Assembly: GCA_043228905.1 (NCBI GenBank)
Contig: JBHGNT010000020.1
Coordinates: 9,300,001-9,364,000, forward strand
From: Azolla caroliniana
Taxonomy: Eukaryota; Plantae; Polypodiophyta
Reading direction: 5' to 3'
DNA length: 64,000 nt
Shown here piece after piece: positions 35,256-48,559 of the stretch. Every line of letters begins with the position of its first letter. Position 1 is the stretch's first letter. The translations under genes were made by a program, and so were the position numbers. A model generated the notes under the pieces. That model saw only the letters and a program-made list of their open reading frames with translations. It ran no database searches and was not told the origin of the DNA.

Positions 35256-38200
35256 ATGGATGGGAAAAGCAAAAGATTTGTCAGGTAATGCATATGAATC
35301 TCATAGACGTTAAATGAGTTTCATACATATTGTTCATTCAGTAAAGTAGGTTTTTGTTTCTTGATTTGATGGAGACTTGTCGTGTCTTCACAGTACACGC
35401 GGTATAGATTCTTAGACAGTGTTGCTTACATCGACTAAGTTTAATTAAATTCAGTGTATTAAGAGATTTTGAATTTCAGTGTTAATAAAGGAGTCTTAAC
35501 TCCATTCTCCAAACAGTTTGCAGGGAATTGTGGATATTTGAGGGCGTGCATGCATTTTTTTCCCTAAAGAAAAACATCCACACACTAATAATATACTAAA
35601 TTATAAATATAAAAAAGCTCACATGAAAAGTTCTTAGAAAGGGAGTTTTAGATTATGTTGACAATATTGATCTAAACAAGTACATTGCCATTTCCATCAA
35701 TTGCGAATGCACCATCGATGTTAAATTATAACTGTAAGAAAAAATCTCAGGAAGGCAGGTTGGTGGATGTTGTGATTGAGAATTTGCTTTGTTTGGCATT
35801 TGTTGCATAGCCTCACTTCAAGTTTCTCTTGTGGTCTGCACATTCTAATTTAAAACCTGAATTTACATAAATGCTCTTATCAGTGATGAATGTTGCACCA
35901 ATTACGCTTCTGTCTTTAAAGATTGCAGGTTTGAAAAATGTTTCCTACATGTAGTTTATGTAGAAACACAGAAATGCCATCTCTTAAGCACATTAGATTT
36001 TGTTTGATATGGTAGCTTTCAGTACGCCTTCACATTGCATGTATGATGTGGGTAAGCTGCATATCAGAAGGCGGGTCTCTTTATTGAGTGCCTCTTTATA
36101 TCATGCTGGCCATAATTTCATTTATGATAATTTACGTCTCAATCTGATGGCGCACTTTTGCAGATTCCACAACAATGCTGTCGCAAATATGGATTCACCT
36201 GATAAGTTTGCATTTGAAATTGAAAATAATCAATACCAAGGCTATGGAACAAAACAAAATCCTGAAAGACAGAGTGCAACCTTGAGTAAACTTGACAAGT
36301 CTTTTGAGTTTGGAACTGCAAAGGTACATTCAGAAGGTGATGAGTCAAATCAGAGTAGTGTTTGGGATCCAAGAGACAGGTTTCTGCACAGATGGAACCG
36401 AGTTTTCGTTTTCGTGTGTCTGGCTACGCTCTTCATTGATCCCCTCTTTTATTATTTGCCTAAAGTGAATGAAAACTTGTGCCTGGAAGTTGATAACAAG
36501 TTGAGAATTGTGGTTACAATACTTAGAAGCATTACAGACCTCTTCCATTTATTTCACATCATGATCCAGTTCCGTACAGGTTATATTGTTCCATCTTCAC
36601 GCATCCTTGGTAGGGGAGAGCTCGTCACCAATCTAGACCTGATAGCAAAATGTTATCTCAAAGGGAATTTTATTATAGATTTTATTGCAATTGTACCACT
36701 TCCACAGGCATGTTTAATTCAAAGTCTTGTGTTTTTGTTATCTTGGGAGTTCCTTATGAAAAACCACTGAAAAATGCTCTCATTTTTTTTTCTTTATTTT
36801 GTTAAATTCAATAAGTTTATTTTATCTATTTGTAATATAGATGTAGTTAATTTGGTTTCCAGGTCATGATATGGGCTGTCATTCCTGCATTAAATGGATC
36901 GGCTGCACGGAGGGCAAAAATTGCATTGTGGTTTATTATATTGTTTCAACTTGCACCAAGATTGTACCCACTGTTTCAACAAATTGGAAAATCATCAGGT
37001 CGGGTTGCTGAGACGGCTTGGTCAGGAGCTGCTTACAATTTACTTCTCTATATATTGATCAGTCACGTATGATTTCTTCGGACACATTTAAATCTGTTTC
37101 AGTCCAAATCATCAAACTATCATAGCTCTGTGAAGCAAAGGCTCTACTGCTCATTAAATTACTTCTTTGCATTTCTATTCCCAAAATTTTAATGAATTTA
37201 CTTTAGTTGTTTATGCATTGAAATTTCTGTGAAGATATCAATAGCTTCATTTTATTAGGTGAACATCTGGTTGTTTTGGCTGCTTCTTGTGTTGGCTTTG
37301 TATGGCTCTGGAATTTCCTGGTAGAAACTCAAATGGGATATGGACTAAAATTAAAGCTGTATTCCCTGGATTTGGGTTATTAGTGAGAGAGATGTACAAT
37401 AAGGCTAATATTTTGCTGTTTCTAGAGTTAAGAGGCCATTATCATCTTCAACACATGATAGAGGCAGACATGTTCATGATGATGGAAGGCTAAGTATGAA
37501 TTATAGCAATGTTGAAGCAAAGAATAATGGCCCTGAAATAAAGGCATCTAAAGTGGATTGTAGAGATCCATGCATTCTGTTCATTTTATTGGTAGATTGT
37601 AACTTGTTAACTATAAAGAGAGGGAGGTAATCACAAGAAGTCTGTATGGTTGCTCCATACTATCCAAGCTCTGACCTGCAAGATCTGCAAACAATGCCCA
37701 AAACTAAAGTTTTAATTATTTGTATTTTTTGAATGGAGATAGATATTACTAATTAGTGCAGTTGAGAGTAAAAAGATAAGGATAAAGCAAGATAAGGTCA
37801 GGGGTAAATAGCGTCATTGATAACCAACTTCCTGTTCTTCATTACACCAAGTATAAACTAGATTAAATGAAGAAAAAATGTTCTCCTGAGACTCTAGCTT
37901 TAAATCCCAAAAAGATGTCATATAAGAGACTATAAAGGCCATCGTCACCATCACAAACATAGTGTGTAGACAATAGATGCAACATATAAAATCACCATTA
38001 TCACCATTAAAGAGGATCGGTTGAAAAAGGAAGCAGAAATTGTCTGAGATTTGTTGACTTGTGTTGCAGAGCTATGTGGTTCTTTCTTCAATGGAAATCT
38101 CTCACTTCATATTTAGACAACAGAGGTAGTGGCTACATGCTTTTTCTCATCCACCCTCCAATCTCCTTTTATCCTCTGGTGGCTTTTCTCTCCTCTTTCA

Positions 38201-40826
38201 ATTTCAGCTTCCCAACTGATATGTATGGGTTATTCACAACTTCCTTTTCAAGATCATGTCCTCACTGATAAAAATGTTGCTAAACTTGACTTTGGTGATC
38301 TCACCCTCATGGTTCATGTGGCATTTCCCTCTCTCCCCCTTTTTGATGGGCAGGGTGGCTGGGAAATGTGGTTTCTATAGCTTGTGAGTCTCCTTGCTCC
38401 TCCCTGGGAGTTTTATTTAATGTTATAATTTTGAGGCCCCAAATCTTTGCATGTATGAAGGAATATGAGAACACTGTGAAGCCTTTGAATGCTCATAAGT
38501 TGTAGCTAGTTCCTTATTGCCTATAACTTGTTCCATGGCTTAACTTTCTAAGGTTCTGAGTTATTGTTACCATACTAATATAAAGTTACATGATCGAGGC
38601 AGAGAAATGAGTTTTTCCTGCTTTATAATCAGTCAGGCCTTGCAGACAGATGATGATAGTAAAATTGCTATCAAACAAGAATAGTGCTAACTCATTTGTA
38701 TTCAACTCTTTTCAGTTCTTTGGTGCGTCTTGGTATCTACTTACAGTGGAGCGACAAGACACCTGCTGGGCATATAACTCAGCAGACCAAACTGTTTTCC
38801 GGAAAGGGTATCTTGATTGTAGCACCATAAATGATCCTCAGAGAAATCTATGGAATAGGACTGTTCCTCAAGAAACATGTAATCCGAATAATGTTGGGGG
38901 TTTCAACTTTGGGATTTATGCAAATGCGATTACACATAATATCACATCTATGGATACTTTTACTATCAAGTATCTTTTCTGTTTCTGGTGGGGCCTTCAA
39001 AATTTGAGGTTAGGCTTGTGTCGTTTACTCTTCCCTATCGTGTTAAGTTTTAATGGTGCACTCAATTAGACATTATATTGAATTAATGAATGCTAATAAT
39101 GAATGAAAAGTTTATAATGGATCCGTACAATTTGCAGCACGTTGGGGCAAGGCTTGAATACAAGCTCTTTTGTTGGGGAGGTGATCTTTTCAATCATCAT
39201 TGCCATTAGTGGGCTTACTTTATTTGCTCGTTTAATTGGTAACATGCAGGTATTGTTTGGACTTTGGAGTTATTTTCTTTTGTTATGACCAAAAGTTGAG
39301 TTTGTTTAAGGTTTATACCTTGAAGTTGTTGTTATAAGATTATAAAATGATTTACAGACATACTTGCAATCACTGACTGTGAGATTGGAAGAGATGAGGC
39401 TAAAGAGGCGGGATATGGATCAGTGGATGCAGCATCGGCAGCTCCCTCAACAGTTACGTGAACGTGTACATAGTTATGAGCAATATAAATGGTTAGAGAC
39501 CAGAGGTGTCAAAGAGAAAGAGTTGGTTGAAACCTTGCCCAAGGACCTACGCCGAGATATTAAAAGACATCTATGTTTGAAACTTGTGAAAGGGGTATTG
39601 TATTCTCTTAGCCCTTCTCTTTTGTTTACAGGATTGTATGTCAACCGAAAAGGGTGGAAGCATAAAAATGGGACCAAATAGTTGTATTCAAGACATAGCT
39701 GGTCGTAATGGTAGCTAGCTGTCAGTAACAAATCATACAAAGGGATTTGTTCTCTAACCAATTCCAGCTCTGTTCTCGAGTCATGTGCATGTCAATATCT
39801 TACACCCAACATTGATACCTGAATTGTGCTACAATTTTGTATTCCTAGACATTCATGTCACATCATTAAATTGCGTTCTTTTCTGACAACTATTTTTGGA
39901 AGGTCTCATTGGAGGGATTCCTCTCTATAATGTTGTTCACATTTTCGTGCTTTCACCTGAAAAACTTCCATTTTCATGTTATTGGACAACTTACTACTAA
40001 AGTAGTACTCCCACTGTCATACTTTCATCGAAAAGCTTACATGTCTGCGCTATTGGACAAATTACTAGCTGTATTAATATCCCCATATTCATGCTTTTTA
40101 CAGGTTCCTTTATTTGCAAGCATGGATGAGCGTCTCCTGGATGCTATTTGTGAGCGTCTCCAGCCCACTCTTTTTACAAAGGAAACATGTGTGGTCAATG
40201 AAGGGGAACCAGTTAATGAGATGCTTTTGATTATTCGTGGTCACTTGAAGAGCCAAACAACTGATGGAGGTAGAACAGGGTTCCTGAATGTGGCTGAACT
40301 GAAACCAGGTGACTTTTGTGGCGAAGAGCTTCTCCCATGGGCGTTGGACCCGAAATCAGATAAAAATCTCCCTTTGTCTACAAGGTCAGTGCAAGCAGAG
40401 ACAGAGGTGGAAGCATTTGCTTTAGCTTCAGATGATCTCAAGTTCGTGGCATCGCAGTTCCGACGACTTCATAGTAAGCAAGTACAACATACATTACGCA
40501 ATCACTCACAGCAATGGCGGACATGGGCAGCTTCTTCTATACAAGTAGCTTGGCGTAGGTACAAGAGGCGGAAGCTTTTGGAAATGAAACAAGTAGAAGA
40601 ACAAGCAGAAGGAGAAGAACTGTTGGAAACATATGTACATGAGGAGAATAATAATCCAATGGCTAATGTTAGCTATGGGGGTGCCTTCTTTGCTGCGCGT
40701 TTTGCTGCAAATACGATGCGTGCAATACATAGGTTACGGGGTCTTCAGGCTGTGGAGGAGAATCTCTCACACGTGAAGTTAATGAAGCCACCTGAGCCCG
40801 ACTTCTCTGCAGAGGAAGGTGATTAA
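35256..40826 (+). CDS. CNGC: Cyclic nucleotide-gated ion channel (~713 aa); exons 35256-35284, 36164-36707, 36863-37066, 38716-39008, 39138-39249, 39358-39594, 40104-40826
   Basis: Exon phases join into one 2142-nt frame. Motifs: KRFVRF N-terminus, IDPLFYYLP, FWWGLQNLSTLGQGL pore, LIGNMQTYLQS, CNBD GDFCGEELLPWALDPK..LPLSTRSV, and IQ motif WRTWAASSIQVAWRRY. An in-frame upstream ATG at 35229 is a possible alternative start. Confidence 0.95.
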
Positions 40827-41198
40827 GTTTTTTTTCTTTTTTTGATAATGTACATAAAGCAAAATCTGACTACAAGCTTTATTTTGAAGTTCATTATTGC
40901 TTTCTGCAAAACTAGATCATCATGGCCATTATATTTTTATTGCATAGACTGGAAGTCTTTTCATATGATGGTGCACATTGTATATGTCTTTGGGGTCATG
41001 ATGCGAGTATGTGATATATTCTAACTAGGCATGCTTCAAAACATTCTTTGTACTTGATACATTTTGCCCAACTAATGTCTTATGGCTAGCTAGTTTCTTC
41101 GGAGTCTTGAATAATTGCGTTGCCCACTTCGTTCAAGAGTAGATGATGTTATCACATGGCATTGATGACATTGTCGTGGACAAAGCAACTTGCTTCTG

Positions 41199-41358
41199 TG
41201 GGTTCCAAATTTGGTGAGTCAACTGTGAAAAGTAATACAATGGGTTCGGAGTTTGGTGAGTCAACTATGAAAAGTAAATACCATGGGTTCCAAATTTGGT
41301 GAGTCAACTGTGAAACGTAATACCATGGGTTCCAATTTTGGTGAGTCAACTGTGAAAA
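41199..41358. repeat. Minisatellite, 4 x ~41 bp
   Basis: tgggttccaaatttggtgagtcaactgtgaaaagtaata is repeated four times. Confidence 0.85.
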
Positions 41359-42399
41359 CTAAATAGTGTATGGAGCATTTTGATTATATATGCTGTCATA
41401 ATTCAAGAGGGCATGTACCAATTTGAGTGAGGATGGAAAAGTCACCCCTATGATATATCATGTGGTGACCAAAATGGGTATATGAGGCAAACCATGATTA
41501 CAATATCAGTGAATTCGTGTCATCAATACTAAACAAAAATAACGTCTAAAGTTTCCTAAAGCATCATGATCATGATGTTAACGGCATAAATAATATGTTG
41601 AGAGTAGTAGTGACTGGACTTTATATTCGAGGTTGGTTGGTACTGTAAAATGAGGCTATCACGAAGTTTACAAGTGCATCTAGTCTTGTGTAGATAAGAC
41701 ATGGCGAGCAATGATCTCCATGTATTGTCATATGCCATATATCTTAGTACTTGTGGTCTCGATTTTTGTTGACTTCATTGCCACATTGTCAGTGGAGGTA
41801 AGACCTATGGAAGCAATCAATTATTTGCAATTATTGTTTGTTGCATCCCACATGCTAAATACAAGGGTTGATTTCTTGTGCTTTTACAAAATCAAGCAAG
41901 ACATGTCTCAAAATGTCTCCATTTATTAATGGTGTTGGAGTCCACATAAAGGATCCCATGCTTCTCTCTAATGTGTTTGAAAGTTGGGCACCAACCCACA
42001 AAATGGTCCTTACGTTTGATCTCTCCTTCACATAATTTGCAAAATCTTTCAGCTCTTAGCATGCAAAGTGCTTGTCCTACTTAGATCTCTAGTTGGTGGG
42101 GTACGAAACTTTGAGTTGGCCTATTGGTTTATGAGCACTATGAGACAGATATATGTCCATGTACATTGGTCTATGAATGAATCTATCCTTTAAAAAGTTC
42201 GTAATAATCTTTGTAGTAAGCATCTTTTCAAGAAGCGACTCCGTTGATGTGAGCCAAACTTTTGGGTCTCAAGTTCCTGATGTTGAGGCAATTGTTGTTG
42301 AACCCCTTAATCACTTGTGACTCATGAGTACCATGATCCGTCCTATGTGTTTTTTGTTGTCGTCATATACTTCAAACGCCTCTACCAAGGAACTATGAG

Positions 42400-42740
42400 A
42401 CTATCATGATTATCTACACACTCGCTGAACTTTATGGAGCAATACTTTAAGCAAAAGAACACATCCACTTAATGCTAAAGTTGAAGATATATGAATCCTA
42501 GGCCAAATGGGCTTTAGCATAACCTTCTCTACTATTGATCACACTCTTACATTACATTTCTTGGTGAACCAAGTTCAGGCACAAAAGAAGTGATTGTATG
42601 AAGAGTTTGTTAGATTTTTGCAAGGTCTTTGAGAGTCTGCCAAGGGAATGTCTCCAACAAAGACTACTATGTTCACCCAAAATTATCTCAAACATGATGT
42701 GGGCTATATATGCTCTCTATGAGCAAGTGACTATCTAATA
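42400..42740 (+). mobile_element. Old RTE-type LINE RT fragment
   Basis: GQMGFS..STIDHTLTL, DFCKVFESLPRECLQQRL and WAIYALYEQV resemble the RTE motifs GQAGFR..TIDH and DFRKAFDSVPRE. Confidence 0.55.
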
Positions 42741-43741
42741 ATCATACTTTTGCATGGGACACTTAGGAGATGGTTGTGGTAAAGGGGGTTAGTGTGGGCA
42801 TGATACAAGCTATGTGTATAAGAATGCTATAGTTTCAAAGTCTCTTATATGTAGTTGGGTGGTGGCCAAGTCTTTGCTCATGAAGAGATGGTATAAATCC
42901 CAATATTATGTTTCCTCATAAGTGCACATTTGGTTATGAAGCATTTTTTGAATAATCTCCCCAAGGTTTATGTTGTGTTTGTATGAAGATAGTCGATAAA
43001 TCTCTTTATGATCTTTGTTGTACCAATTATTTCGGGGCAAATTCCTAAGAATGTGGCATGTAGGTGGGTTGTAATAAGGAAAACTATTAATGGTAGAAGT
43101 ATGGAGTATAATAAAGGGTTGGGAGGTAAGGGGCATTTGTGGGATGTTGTTTGATCTAGATACACTCTATTTGACATTCATTCGATGCAACTCAAGTTGG
43201 AGTTTGAACTTTACTGACAAGAACAACACAAACATGTTTGGCACCATTGCTAGAGAAGATGTCTCATTTATTCAAACTTTTTGAAGGCTTTATCAAGTAC
43301 GGTTATCAATAAGATTTGAAGGAAATCTTGTTGATAATCATACAAAACTAGAGATGACCAAGGATAAGAAGGGACCTTATGTGGCATACTTTAACCTTTT
43401 GTCTTGCAATATCCCTAGGATGAAGAAGCATTCAGCATGTGTCACAAAACGATGCAAAGGATTTGCTTATTATTTTTCATGCGGATCCCAAATTCCTTAT
43501 AGAGGCCATTAGTAAAGAGGTACATCGATATATTGGCTTTTTGAATGACGCACCAAGCACCAACAAATGGCACGTCCCAATTTGGTGTCTATTTGTGCTC
43601 TAGTAACACTAGTCCCACATTTAAGGCATCCTGAAGTACAAGTTGTCAACCTTGTTCCCATGGACTGTCCCACATCAATGGAGATCATAATGAGACATTT
43701 GTTGAGAACCTTTGTTTGAAGGGAATCACCAACATGGAGAT

Positions 43742-44015
43742 CACACATATTATTAGTCGACATCAAGTACTCTACTTTCAATTAGTCATAGATTTTTGTA
43801 AGGGTTCATTGATCGCATCGATTGCACATATGATCCTTCGCATATGATTAAGTCAAACATTAAGTAGTCTACTTTCAATTGGTCATAGATTTCCAGAGGG
43901 TTTATCATCGATCACACATATGAGCCTGCGATATGCTGATTAAGTCGGGCATTAAGTAGTAGTCTACTTTCAATTGGTCATAGATTTTTGAGAGTTCATG
44001 GATCACACACATATG
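43742..44015. repeat. Three ~100-bp tandem units upstream of GRXS17
   Basis: Core at(t/c)aagta(g/c)tctactttcaatt(g/a)gtcatagattt recurs at ~43762, ~43859 and ~43951. Confidence 0.75.
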
Positions 44016-44318
44016 ATCGACAGGAGACATACTTTCAAGTGACATACATACATACATATTGTAAGTGAAGGTTTTTTTGGGTTCTTGGTTAGCTCTGGTT
44101 TTTGTTCTTTTGTTTTGGGAGGAGGAGGAGGAAGAAGAAGAAGAATCAAATTCTCTCTTTTTCTAAGAACTCCAGTGCTCTCTGTGTAATACCGCACTGC
44201 TGCCCCCTTTCTTTTTCTAGGGTTTACTCAGAGAGCCGATTTAAGGAAGAAGAGGAGGAGGCCTGTGTTTAGGGTTTGCCTCAACTGAGAGTGAGAGATT
44301 GAGAGATTGAGAGTGGCT

Positions 44319-47083
44319 ATGGCGTCTTCTTCTGTGCTTGAACTCCGCGACAAGTCGGAGCTGGATGAATGCTTGCGAGAGAAAGGCGCATCGCTCATCC
44401 TTCACTTCTGGGCCTCGTGGTGCGAAGCCTCGCCTCACATGGACCTCGTCTTCAACCGCCTCTGCTCAGAGAACCCTTCCTCTACCATCCGTTTCTACCG
44501 GGTAAGCTTGCTGTTTCTTTTTTTCTTTTTTGCCGCCCCCTCCTTCTCTCCTGTTCTACGTTTAAAGACAGGTTCTTGGGAGATTTCACAGAGATTGCAT
44601 TTTGCACTAGCGTCTGATTGTCATGAAACGAGGATTCTTAGATGACGTAGCCGGATGGATGAATTTTAGATTTATTCCGTTTCTTTGCGGACCGCCAATT
44701 CTTCTCGATCCTTCTCCAGATTTTTAAGTGTTTCCTAACCATGTTTCTCCTCAATCGTCCAGCGTTTCTCCAGTATTCGATGGTCTTTTCTTATGCCAAT
44801 GCATTTCTTGAACCTTCTCTCGTCATCACTGGAATCTAATTCCTTTCTTTCAACATCTCGTCATCGTTTTTGCCTTTTCTTCTTCTTCTTCTTCTTCTAA
44901 TCTTTCTCGAGCTTGGATGGGGCCTTTTAACGTCTTATGGCCTTCTTCTATATGGTTGATTCTCTTCTTCTTGAACATCCTCTCTTTGCTTCCGAACATA
45001 TTATTTTCTTTAGCATTCCTTTATCTGTAAAGCTACTATTCTGTGATTGCTTTGTTGGACATTTTTCTCTTTCTCACTGGAAAATTCGAGATTTGCAATG
45101 TTTTTTCATATATCAAGGTGTCTTTTTCAATTAATAATTCATCTGAGAGTTTTTTCTGAACGTTTGGTTATGTCTTTTGATTTTTCTATAGTTGTCCATC
45201 TTTGAAGGTTCCTCCTTCTCTATCTCGAGCTTCTCTGGGTGCTCCCGTTTTTAACATATCTCCATGTTTGAATGTTTTCTCTTCTCATTTATGTGTTAAT
45301 TTCTATACATCACAGGTTGAAGCTGAAGAGACCCCAGAAATTTCGGAGTATTTTGGCGTAGTTGCTGTCCCATTCTTTGTATTTGTTAAGGTTAGTAGTA
45401 TATGTCTGACCTTCAGAAAATCAATATGCTATCATACTCTTTAGGCTTATTATCCAGTTCTTCTCTTGTGTAATAGAATGTTCCATTTGATCTAAATTTG
45501 ACCCCTTAAATTAATAAGGTTTGTTATCCATGATTTTCTTTTCTGATGTAATATGATAAAGTAGAAAATGTTGTTTTATGATGCTCATTAGAAAAAGTTT
45601 TCTATGGCATAAATATGCATGGCTTCAGTTGTCAATAAGGACATATGCATAAATAAACAAGATGTAACATAAGCAGCTTATTCATTCTATTAGTATTTGA
45701 TTCCCTTTTCATCTCAGCTCATCATTTTGCTATATGAAATCGTTCAAACTAGACATAGATGCCTCTATTCTGTGTTATGAAATATGAAACTAAACAATTT
45801 TAGATTGTGTAATAAGGGAAACATTTGAATGTAGGGCTGTCTTCTCATAAGTTGTTGTTTGGGTTAGACTCATCTTTAAAAGTTGCTCTGTTGATGTCAA
45901 TTTATGCCTTGAGCAAAGAACTTCTTGGTTCTTTATGCATGTATCTGACTGACAACTGAAAACATTTAACCAAGCAATGGAGCAAGGATAAGATCAATGA
46001 ACTTCTAAGAGGCGCCTAAGAGATGCTTAATCTAGAATTGCTACTGCCCAGAATGTTATGATTATCTTTAGTTGGATTTTTCTCTTTAATTGATGTATAC
46101 CTATGTCTGCATTTCAGAGGGTTCTTGTCTTGTGCTGTTTTAAAACTAAACGTTGCAACTTCTATTGAGCGTTTCCATGTATCAATGTGAAGCATAGGAG
46201 TGAACTTTGTGTTTCTAGTTGTAACTTTTGTATAGAAAGTGTATATCTATAGCTCTTTTTGGAAAAGTTAATGTATCATATGCAACATTCATGGGAGTTA
46301 TTTTTTCAGGATGGTGTTGTGGTAGATAAGCTCGAAGGTGCTAATCCAGCAGATTTAGCACAAAAAATAGCAAAGTTTGTGGGCTCTCCTCTTCCTAAGA
46401 AGGTACTCGAGATTGAAGAAGTCCTTGAGGAAGCTCCTGCAGATAAAAGTGTTCTATTAAAGAAAAAGCTAGAGGGTATTGTGGCATCAAAGCCTGTTAT
46501 GCTGTTTATGAAGGGATCTCCTAGTGAACCCAAATGTGGTTTCAGTAGAAAAGTGGTTGATATATTGACCGAATACAACGTCGATATTGGAAGTTTTGAC
46601 ATTTTGCGTGATGAAGAGGTCAGGCAAGGAATGAAATCATTTTCTAACTGGCCTACATTCCCCCAGCTGTACATCTCCGGTGAGTTTATAGGTGGTTGCG
46701 ACATTATAATTGAAATGCAGGGGAATGGGGAACTCAAGGAATTGCTTACTGAAAAAGGATTAATAAAAGCTAAAGAAAGTAGTATCATAGAGGAAAGATT
46801 AAAAGCTTTGATCCACTCTTCACCTACAATGCTGTTTATGAAAGGTTCACCAGATGCGCCTCGTTGTGGGTTCAGTTCTAAGGTTGTCAATGCCTTGAGA
46901 GAGGAGAATATATCTTTCAATACTTTTGATATCTTGAGTGATAATGAAGTCAGAGAAGGGTTGAAGAAGTATTCCAACTGGCCAACTTATCCTCAGCTTT
47001 ATCACAAGGGTGAGCTTGTAGGAGGTTGTGACATTATTCTTGAGCTTAAAGCTAATGGCGAACTCAAATTAGAATTATCGTAA
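44319..47083 (+). CDS. GRXS17: Monothiol glutaredoxin S17 / PICOT-like protein (343 aa); exons 44319-44501, 45316-45390, 46310-47083
   Basis: Trx-like domain with [19 protein letters not shown] and VAVPFFVF, followed by two CGFS Grx domains (MLFMKG..P.CGFS..SNWPT[FY]PQLY..GE..GGCDI). GT-AG introns, all phase 0. Confidence 0.96.
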
Positions 47084-48559
47084 GATTGAAAGTATAGCTA
47101 TAAACTCACAAATCAAGGGTTTCTTGGATTCCTTAAATGACATTTTTTTTGTTCTATTGAATTGTGAAGTCAATTGTCTCTTTTCTTTGAGACGATCCAA
47201 GTATATGGCCATTTACTCATTGAATGGCTTGGATGTTTGTTTTGGCATGTTTGTGCAACTTTTAAATTCTTCATGTACATAAAAATGGACTTTATAATTC
47301 CAATAATATTTGCTTAGCATAAATGTGACTTGCTTGTTGAGTATTTTTTTCTACTATCATCACCGTAGGTATATTTTTCTGCAATCTTTGGATACTGAAT
47401 ATGTGATGCAAGTGTAATCTCATTGAATGTATTTATTTCGACTGTTAGCCATTCTCTGTCAATTAAATCATTAAAAGTGTATAATTATGACCTTCCAACA
47501 GTTATTAGTTATTTTGATGCCACATTTGGATGGGTGGATTTTGTCTCTGTATAATGGATGTTTGACCAAATGCCTGCCTAGACTTAGTTCTTTGGGTTCT
47601 TTGTGTCATGGTACCTTTGCCTCCGGTAATAGGTATTAGCTTTAGATGGTAATAATGTTACTAAGATTGGGAACATTGGATAAGGTGGGCTATGCATTTA
47701 TTTTTTCAAACAACATAAGCAATGTTGTCCAAATGTGATTATTATAAATTTATATGTATGCTGATGACACCAAATCCAAGTATTACGTCTCTTTGTTGAC
47801 ATAGGTTGATTTGGAATCAATGCATTTTACAAAACTTTATGATACATATCGTTGGTTTGAGTGGTTATTGTTGATCATTAATCTGCCCTCAATAGGCTTT
47901 GGATGCTTCACCCACTTTCTCTAATATATAACTCTTTCTATTCACTCTCAACGATCCTCTCTATTGATCTAAAAAATCACACAAATCTCTCTGTGAGTAT
48001 CGCAACTTTTGTTTGCTATCATAGGTCATATTTGGGCCTTTGAGGAAGATAATAAAAAAACGTGTTTAGATTTCTGTGTCATAGCACTGAAGTTGTAAAT
48101 TAATGATGTGTCTACTTGAGAGTGAGATATCCCACAAATATTAATCTATATCTACCAAAGAGTGAGAGGTATCTCAATGATATTAAAAGTATATCTAACT
48201 TAGAGTGAGAGGGGTGAAGCATGGATTATGCCTCTTGTTTGAAGTGTGTGTTATGAATTTTGCAAAGCTTTGTTTTTGAATAGGGCGATACAAACCTTTT
48301 CCTTTCTTTCCATTACCAATAGTACATTGTACATTGTATTTGCGACCTACGAATGTAAGGATTGAGAGAGGTAGAGCTAAAGATTGATTGTGGTGAGATT
48401 ATCAATGAACTATGTTGCTACTTCTTCTTCTAAACACAATTCTCCTCATATTTTCATATTGCTATATATCCTTAATATGAGAGGTATTTTCATTGACATT
48501 TCAATCATCTTCATCAATCAAATTTTTCTTTTCCAAAAAAACACTACTTCGCATTAGTT

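Noticed and set aside
36000-36163. N-terminal parts of the ORF-track CNGC proteins (also 38650-38715 and 39909-40103)
   Set aside because: These are intronic read-through. Homology begins at the AG acceptors.
41199-41358. CRISPR-like array
   Set aside because: Units are contiguous without unique spacers, the context is eukaryotic, and there are no cas genes.
46306-46977. 223-aa minus-strand ORF
   Set aside because: It is the antisense shadow of GRXS17 exon 3.
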